A stretch of 14,072 bases of DNA from an uncultured archaeon (lineage in GTDB: Archaea > Asgardarchaeota > Lokiarchaeia > Sigyniarchaeales > SOKP01): assembly GCA_964388035.1 (NCBI GenBank), contig CAYLZE010000068.1:13116-27187 (forward strand). Direction: 5' to 3'. The translations under genes and the position numbers were made by a program. Each line of letters begins with the position of its first letter. The first letter of the stretch is position 1. This document shows, one piece after another, positions 13,990-14,072 of the stretch. The notes below the pieces were generated by a model. That model worked only from the letters and a program-made list of their open reading frames with translations, ran no database searches and was not told the DNA's origin.

Positions 13990-14072
13990 GCACAAAATAG
14001 GATGGGAAAAATAATTTAAGCTAAATTATTATTTATAATTAATTTTTATTTGATCTTTTAATAAATTTCCAA

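Noticed and set aside
1-14072. CRISPR array, tRNA, rRNA, transposase or integrase
   Set aside because: No regularly spaced repeats, cloverleaf with T-loop consensus, rRNA-like tract or recombinase motifs were found by eye.

Overview
AT-rich archaeal chromosomal window. The archaeal-type SRP RNA and uS10, together with the repertoire of Zn-ribbon, V4R and 7TM orphan families, point to an Asgard/Lokiarchaeia-like host (inference). Housekeeping content: GH172/DUF2961 glycosidase, stand-alone receiver domain, Bud23/WBSCR22-like methyltransferase, PflA/AmmeMemoRadiSam-type radical SAM protein, CDF transporter with a NifX-like tail, IMPase/FBPase and MPG glycosylase. Two features are missing from the ORF track: ribosomal protein uS10 (6416-6721), which has no in-frame ATG/GTG/TTG at its start and apparently initiates at ATA, and the SRP (7S) RNA (~12811-13114). 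The most unusual content is four stand-alone Cys-rich V4R-like 'CP(I/V)GG' proteins. One is coupled to a Zn-ribbon/wHTH protein. Three form a tandem array built by a ~705-bp duplication, with a chimeric middle gene and a conserved GTTAT-N3-ATAAC palindrome upstream. Other candidates are a tail-anchored GH172, a Whirly/PC4-like protein, a DENN-like Zn-ribbon protein, an orphan 7TM protein and palindrome-dense spacers. All family calls come from motif recognition by eye; no searches were run.
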